In this document: piece after piece, positions 57,624 to 64,000 of the stretch
Numbering within the stretch: position 1 is the stretch's first letter
Layout: each line of letters begins with the position of its first letter
DNA from: the human T2T-CHM13v2.0 reference genome, Homo sapiens
Length of the DNA: 64,000 nucleotides
Assembly: GCF_009914755.1 (NCBI RefSeq)
Contig: NC_060932.1
Direction: 5' to 3' (one strand)
Made by a program: the position numbers and the translations under genes
Notes under the pieces: model-generated
Told to the model about the DNA's origin: nothing
Seen by the model: the letters and a program-made list of their open reading frames with translations, nothing else
Database searches by the model: none

Positions 57624-60600
57624 AGGTAGAGATGGGGGGAGTTACTTTGGCAAGATTAATTTGTACTGAAAGCATATTTTGACTCAATCTCAATCTACAT
57701 TTCGTTGTTCAGCACTGTTCTCTGGGTGTGAACCGTTTCTCCGCATGCTTCCAAAGATGCAGACGTATAGATTAAATGGCAGCTTGGGGGATCAGGCCCA
57801 GAGATCAGGGCTTCCAACAAATGGCATAGGCTGCCAGCATTTCCTGGGCATTCTTTCATTTGTTAAGAAGTCATCTGACTTTTCTTCTTCTTCAAGAACT
57901 TCTCTGATTCAATACTAGAGGAAAGCAATTTCCTTCTTTTACAAGTGATCCTACAGTTTTGGTAATGTTTGTTTACTTTCTATGTGTCCCTTAAAACATA
58001 TTTAAAAATAGAATTAAATCCAAACTATGTATTAAATGTTAAGTCTAGCCCCTAAATTTACCCCTGATTGGGGGTTTTAAAATACATTCGCTCTTTTGTG
58101 AAAAGTGAACGAACAGAAAAATAAAACAGAAACCTTTCTTTTTTCAACAAGACTGGAAAAGTTGGTGACAGGTAATTAAAGAATGTTCCTGGAGAAAGTT
58201 CCTCAGGATAAAAATAGCTAGTGCTTACTGGGTGCTTAGTTTGTGTATGACCCAGTTTTAAGCTTTTGACTGCAGAAATTCACCACATCTTTAGAACACC
58301 CTGTAAAATCCTGGAAGGTAAAGTAACTTTTGTGAGGTCATGCTGTCACTAACGGAAGCAAGGCAAAATACAGGCATGCTGGCCTGTGAGCCACACTAAA
58401 CAGACTTATTTTGAAATGAAGGAGGAAAAAAGTTTGGATTGGTCTTATGATAAGACATTTACTTAGAACACAAAATACCTCTATAGGAATATTTTGTATG
58501 AGACATTTAGGCATTGTCTAAAGAAGCCCTCTCTTTTCATGGCAAACACATTTAAGTCAAGTTGAAAGCTTTGCCCCAAATCACAAGTTGACCAGTGACA
58601 AAAACAAGCCTTTTCTATATTTTATTTGATTTCAAAAGTATATAACCATGCATGTGTAATTAAATATTTAATAAAAATGATAATCAGTGAGTTGGGGTAT
58701 CAAGCAAAAATACATTTTAGCCTCCTTATGGCCAATGTCCATATTTCATGTAGCCAATGCCAATTACGTTAGAATGTCACCACACTCTGCATGACTTTTA
58801 AGCTACCAAAACTCACTTCCATTACATAACTTCAAAGACCATATTACAATGTAGAGAAAGGATAGTCAAAGTGTAGTATTCCTAGAATTTTATAACTTCT
58901 TTTTAAGAGTAAAACCACATAGTGATAACAGGTGGATATTCCTCCAATGATTTATCTTTGAATTTGAGGGAGAACTGTCTCTCTAGAAAGTTGTTTATGA
59001 ATAAATATATTACATTGTTAAATTTCTGAAATTTTCCAGAGATGAATGGCATTAGAAACAATTGAAAAATGCTGACACTTGCTCTACCGTTAGTTAAAGC
59101 GGATTGTTAATTCTTAATTACATGCCTCACATTATCCTAGATAAAAAAACTCTTAGCAAAGTTTTCTTCTTTGTGGAATTCACAATGTAATCAAAGAAGT
59201 TCCAAAAAAGGCAAAGAATGGATGCTGAACACGAATGATTAGTCACATCACTGGTGTGTCATTAAAAAGAGTGCGAAGAATATAGATCATTAGAACTATC
59301 CAAGTAGAAATGGAATGGTTTTCTTGGGCATGAAACCCTTGGGCAGGAGGCATTGATTGGGGGATTCTTCTCATCCTTGGTTTCTGAGAAGGGACCTGGA
59401 TAGATTTGGGTCCATGTCCTGAGGTCCCATCATGTCATATCTATTTCTGGGCTCAGAAATAACATTTCACACAAGCTGACTGTATAGTATGGTACAGAGT
59501 AGGTGTTCATCAACATTTTTGGAACTAAAACACCGAATGCCTATTTGAATATACAATTTAAATAACATGTATAATTGATGCTTATGAGAAAGCTCCAATA
59601 AAAGGCATATTTTTGAATCCATTAGGGGCTTTTGCTAATAGTTGCCATATGTTTCATTTGAACTGCATCCTCAGGAAGTGATTTAACATTTCTTGCAATA
59701 AAGCAATTAAATAGGATTTTCCTGCTGGCCATATGGGTTCGCTGTAACTTATATATTTTTTTCTCTTATTTCTCAATGGAACAAAGGAAAGTCTACAAAT
59801 GACTTCCAAATGAAAGGGGAGAAAAATCATCCATAGTCTTTTGTTTTTCTTCTCTAGGATATTTAAATAATAAGATAGGAACCTTTTCTATGGCTCCCAA
59901 CCACTCCAACCCTCTATGTTGAGACCCTTTAATAGTTCTCCACATGTAAAGATTTTCATTGAAGTTGGCCAATTAAGGTGTTTTATTAATACAATCGAAT
60001 TTTTAAAAAGCTATTTAAGAAAGCTTTTTTAGCAAAAGAGAAGTAAACAATTTGCTTTCTTCTAATGAGAGCTTTTAAAGCTATATGTGGGAGCTTAGAC
60101 TGTGTGCATGCCTGTTTGTGTTTCTGGATGTGAAAGATGGTTGGGGAAATGCTGATTTTGACATGCCACATGGAAATGTTCTAAACATATGTTGATTCTT
60201 TTGGTCTGCTGCAGAAATGGCTTTCTGCACTTCCAGGAGAACCTCAGATGGACACCTTTTAGGAACTCACACCAACCGCACAGAAGCTGCTAACGTAAAT
60301 AGCATCATAAATAATAGACATCATATCTGAATCCATGACAATTGACAATCTGAATGTCTTGTCAATTGAAACATTCTAATTGAACCAATTTCTTCCTGAT
60401 GACTTAGGAATATGCTTTTTTTCTACTTTCTCTGATTTTAGGAATATGTTTTTCTATTTTAGAAATGAAATGAAATATTTCTATTAATTTTCTTTAATGT
60501 GTTATTTTTATTATGCCATTTTCCTCACTTGTATGAAATATTTTCCTCTTAGTTCTTTAGAATCAGGAACATAGAATACTAACATTAAGAAGGACCTTAT

Positions 60601-62597
60601 AGGCCAATCTCTTCAAACAACTGGCAGCTATGATACTATGTAAGTTCTCCTATGTTCCATGAAGCAAATTTATTTTTTTGTCCTGCAGTACACAAACAGA
60701 GCACTATCTATTTTGTGCTTTCTCTTTTTATAGTCAGAGCTTTCTTTTACATGATTTCAAATATTCAAGATGTTCACACAGAAGTGTTTGGAGTACTGTT
60801 TAAGTGTATAGAAATTTTCTTTATTTGCCTTTTAAAAAGTGGCTTAATTCAGAGAAAAATCAGTGACAGAGTAATTTACTCCTTTCCCTTTAAAACATTC
60901 ACTTTTCTTCCCACAAAAATTTGTTCCACAAAAAAAAATTGCAGATAAATTCCAAAATAAGTAATTCTGTCCTTAGAAATTGCAAGAAAATATCCTTCAG
61001 TGATGGAACAGCCTCTGTCTCAGATGAGAGCACAAGAGCCCATTGTGGGCACATGGGCAACAGGAAGCGTTTTGGGATTCACATTTTTTGGGAAGACATG
61101 AAAGACAGCATGAAAGGAAAGAAGGTACATGGGAAAATGAGTTTGTTTTCATCTCTTCTTCATTTAAAGAGTCTTTTGAAATCACGCCATTCTGCAATAT
61201 TGTTAGCCAGTCAATGATTTCAGTCTGCTTTCATTTGAACAAAGGATTTTATTGAAAAGCTGTGTCTGATTGGCAATCTGATATCATCTATTTTGGTTTA
61301 CAAAGTAATTCTCTAGCTTTGACAGTCATCATTCTTTCATTAAAAATATAGTCTCTTCTTGATGGAGAGGGATTTAGAGATCATTCATTTGTGTTTCCCA
61401 ATCTTCAGTTCTTCAAATACCACCTTCAGAATTTTTACTATATCCATGTATCATCTATAAATTATTTACTTAATAATTTAATAAAATCAAATTTAAATAC
61501 ATTTTCTGTTTTTTACTTGTTCTAAATAATAGACATGCATACATTTATGGGTTTGATTTGTGGGTTGTATTACTCATAATACACACTAGGATACATAATT
61601 ATAAAAATTCAGAATGTTTGCCCCAGTATCAGCTGATATACCATTAGTACTGTATGTAGTATATTTTGCAAAATACTCATTTAGCTCTTTCTCTGTCATT
61701 TTGCCTATGAGGACGTTGAGACCCAGACAGGTTAAGTGACTTGCCCATTACTACAGGGCTTTTTGTGGCCAGATGGAAACTAGACCAGAATGTGGCTTTA
61801 TAACCCTGTGTACTATACCATTCTTCATAAGACTGATGAAGCCAAAGGTCATCATGGCTTCATCCCTCCTAGTGTTCACGATTCCAACTTAACTTAGTTT
61901 CTCAACCAGATCAGAGAAGACAATGGAAATTCAGTTTCAGAAAAAAAGAGATGATGTGCTGGTGTAAGGATTGCCTTCAAGGAACAAATATCTATAACTA
62001 AAGTGAAATATTAATAAATGCACACACAATTATCTGAGAAACGTCATTGATGCTGTGTATCCTTATCTCCAAAAAAGGACACATCTTATTTAATAAAAGT
62101 TATCAGCAATATTGAGATTTATTCCCCCCCTTAAATCACTGACTTTAACAACTGTCTTTCAGTTTTTGTAGACTGAAATTATAGCTTTATTTATACTATA
62201 TGGTGCAGAAATTTGGGGTCTCAGCTTAAATTGTTTGAACATTTGAACAAAGGCAAAGTTAATTCTTAAGAGATATTTTGGTGCTGCTCACAGGTATGTC
62301 TGTAGTTTATCTTTAGCAGAAATGAGATGACCCTCCCCTAAGTAAGAATGAAAGTTGGGATTCTGACCTTGAAAATTTTTTCTTTTCCTCCTCAAAACAC
62401 TGACATTTAATGTATTTAAAGCTGGTGACTCTGTCTTCAACAAATCCTGCAGAATATTTTACTCCATGCTGTCTTGAGATACCTAAATGTTGAATTTCAG
62501 TTTGACAAAGCTCTGGTTGAGGCCACTTTCATTTGGAAATATGGTCTAAAATAAATTCTAATCATTATTCTAAGTTTTTTTAAAAATAATTTCTTTA

Positions 62598-62934
<337 letters not shown>

Positions 62935-64000
62935 CTAGATAAACAGAAAGAGCCCCATGACTGGGCCACATTAACTTAACTCTTCTCTGTCTTTATTGAA
63001 TTTTTAATGATAATATTCTGTATCTCTAAGAAATTTACAATTGATGACTTAGTCATGACATATCCTTCAGATATATTTTCATCTTATAAATCCTTTTCAG
63101 AATTTAATAAATCATGTCTTTCTCTATGTTACTATTAAAGTTTATTCCAATTGAACATTGCTAATAGAAAAAATGCCTATTAAAATTAATGAATATATTT
63201 AAGTACTGCATATTAATATATTCATTGTGTCTATATTATATATATCTCCTTAAATTTGCAAATTCTTCAGAATTATTATTTTATTGTTCTGTATGATGAT
63301 TTGCCTGTGGTAGCCACTTAGAAATACTGACTATTCATAACAGTTTTTGTTTTTTAAGTCTGATCTATGAAAGTTCACAATTAAGGAGTAATGTAGACAT
63401 GTAGGCTGATTTCCAGTGAGGATGATACTCAAGATAATTAACTTATTCAGAGACCAATTGACTCAAAATGGCTGTTTATCCTTCTTTTTGTTGGATGATG
63501 TCAACTAGCAATTTATCTCCCCTTCGATGTTACACTCCTCATAATGATTCATTTTGTCCATGAAGTCTGAATAGTAGCTTTTTGCTGGTGTGAAATGCTC
63601 CTTCTCACAGGATTTCCTGGGCATTACTAAGGCAACGTCCCTGCTGAAGATTTTTACTTACAGCACTGTTTTCCTTAAAATGCTTTAGTGATTCTCTTTC
63701 TTCTTCCTAGTATGCTCATTCTGTACTAATGTGCTCTGAACACGAGGATGAACCTCATCCTCGTGTGCCTACGTCTAGTTAATCAAGACTCAAGCCAAGT
63801 ACTCACTACCTACACAGTCTTTTGCTAAGTGCAGTAATTGCAGAAAAGAAATTGAAGGCATGCTGTGAAAAGAAGTAATCTAATTGTGAATCCACGCTGA
63901 AGACTGAAACAAAAAATTAGAGGTGAATATGAACACGTACAAGGTTTCTTACTGCCACTAATTGGCATGATGATTTTTGGCACTTTTCTAGAACTCTCTG

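Noticed and set aside
56933-57930. Coding-looking minus-strand stretches around the (TG)(AG) repeat (e.g. FNSEDVVPEEMKKYHLW, REVLEEEEKSDDF)
   Set aside because: Short, closed by stop codons, without a paired donor and acceptor or recognised homology.

Overview
AT-rich, repeat-dense primate (almost certainly human) genomic DNA. It contains about 25 Alus (AluJ to a near-consensus AluYc1-type copy), L1 fragments, L2/MIR relics, a solo MaLR LTR and DNA-transposon fossils (MER1B, MER5, MADE1). I can support no multi-codon protein-coding region: the listed ORFs are Alu/L1-derived or chance. Gene-like signals all point to the minus strand. They are a small CpG island at ~26.8-27.3 kb with consensus splice donors (probable first exon/promoter), a well-formed 34-nt internal exon at 55786-55819, and a possible second non-CpG promoter/first exon at ~4.1-4.45 kb. 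The window is therefore probably the 5' or intronic part of a large multi-promoter gene that I cannot name from sequence alone. I found no new coding system. The most interesting signals are fossils of DNA repair and recombination: (1) a 200-bp duplication whose junction carries an inverted templated copy of a site ~1 kb away; (2) a 490-bp direct duplication 3.1 kb apart with a perfectly identical 325-bp core and diverged edges; (3) an AluJ patched with a young AluY segment; (4) a trimeric Alu; (5) an ancient L1MC with twin-priming inversion geometry; (6) a very young, possibly polymorphic AluY. Repeat family names come from recalled consensus sequences, not from a search.
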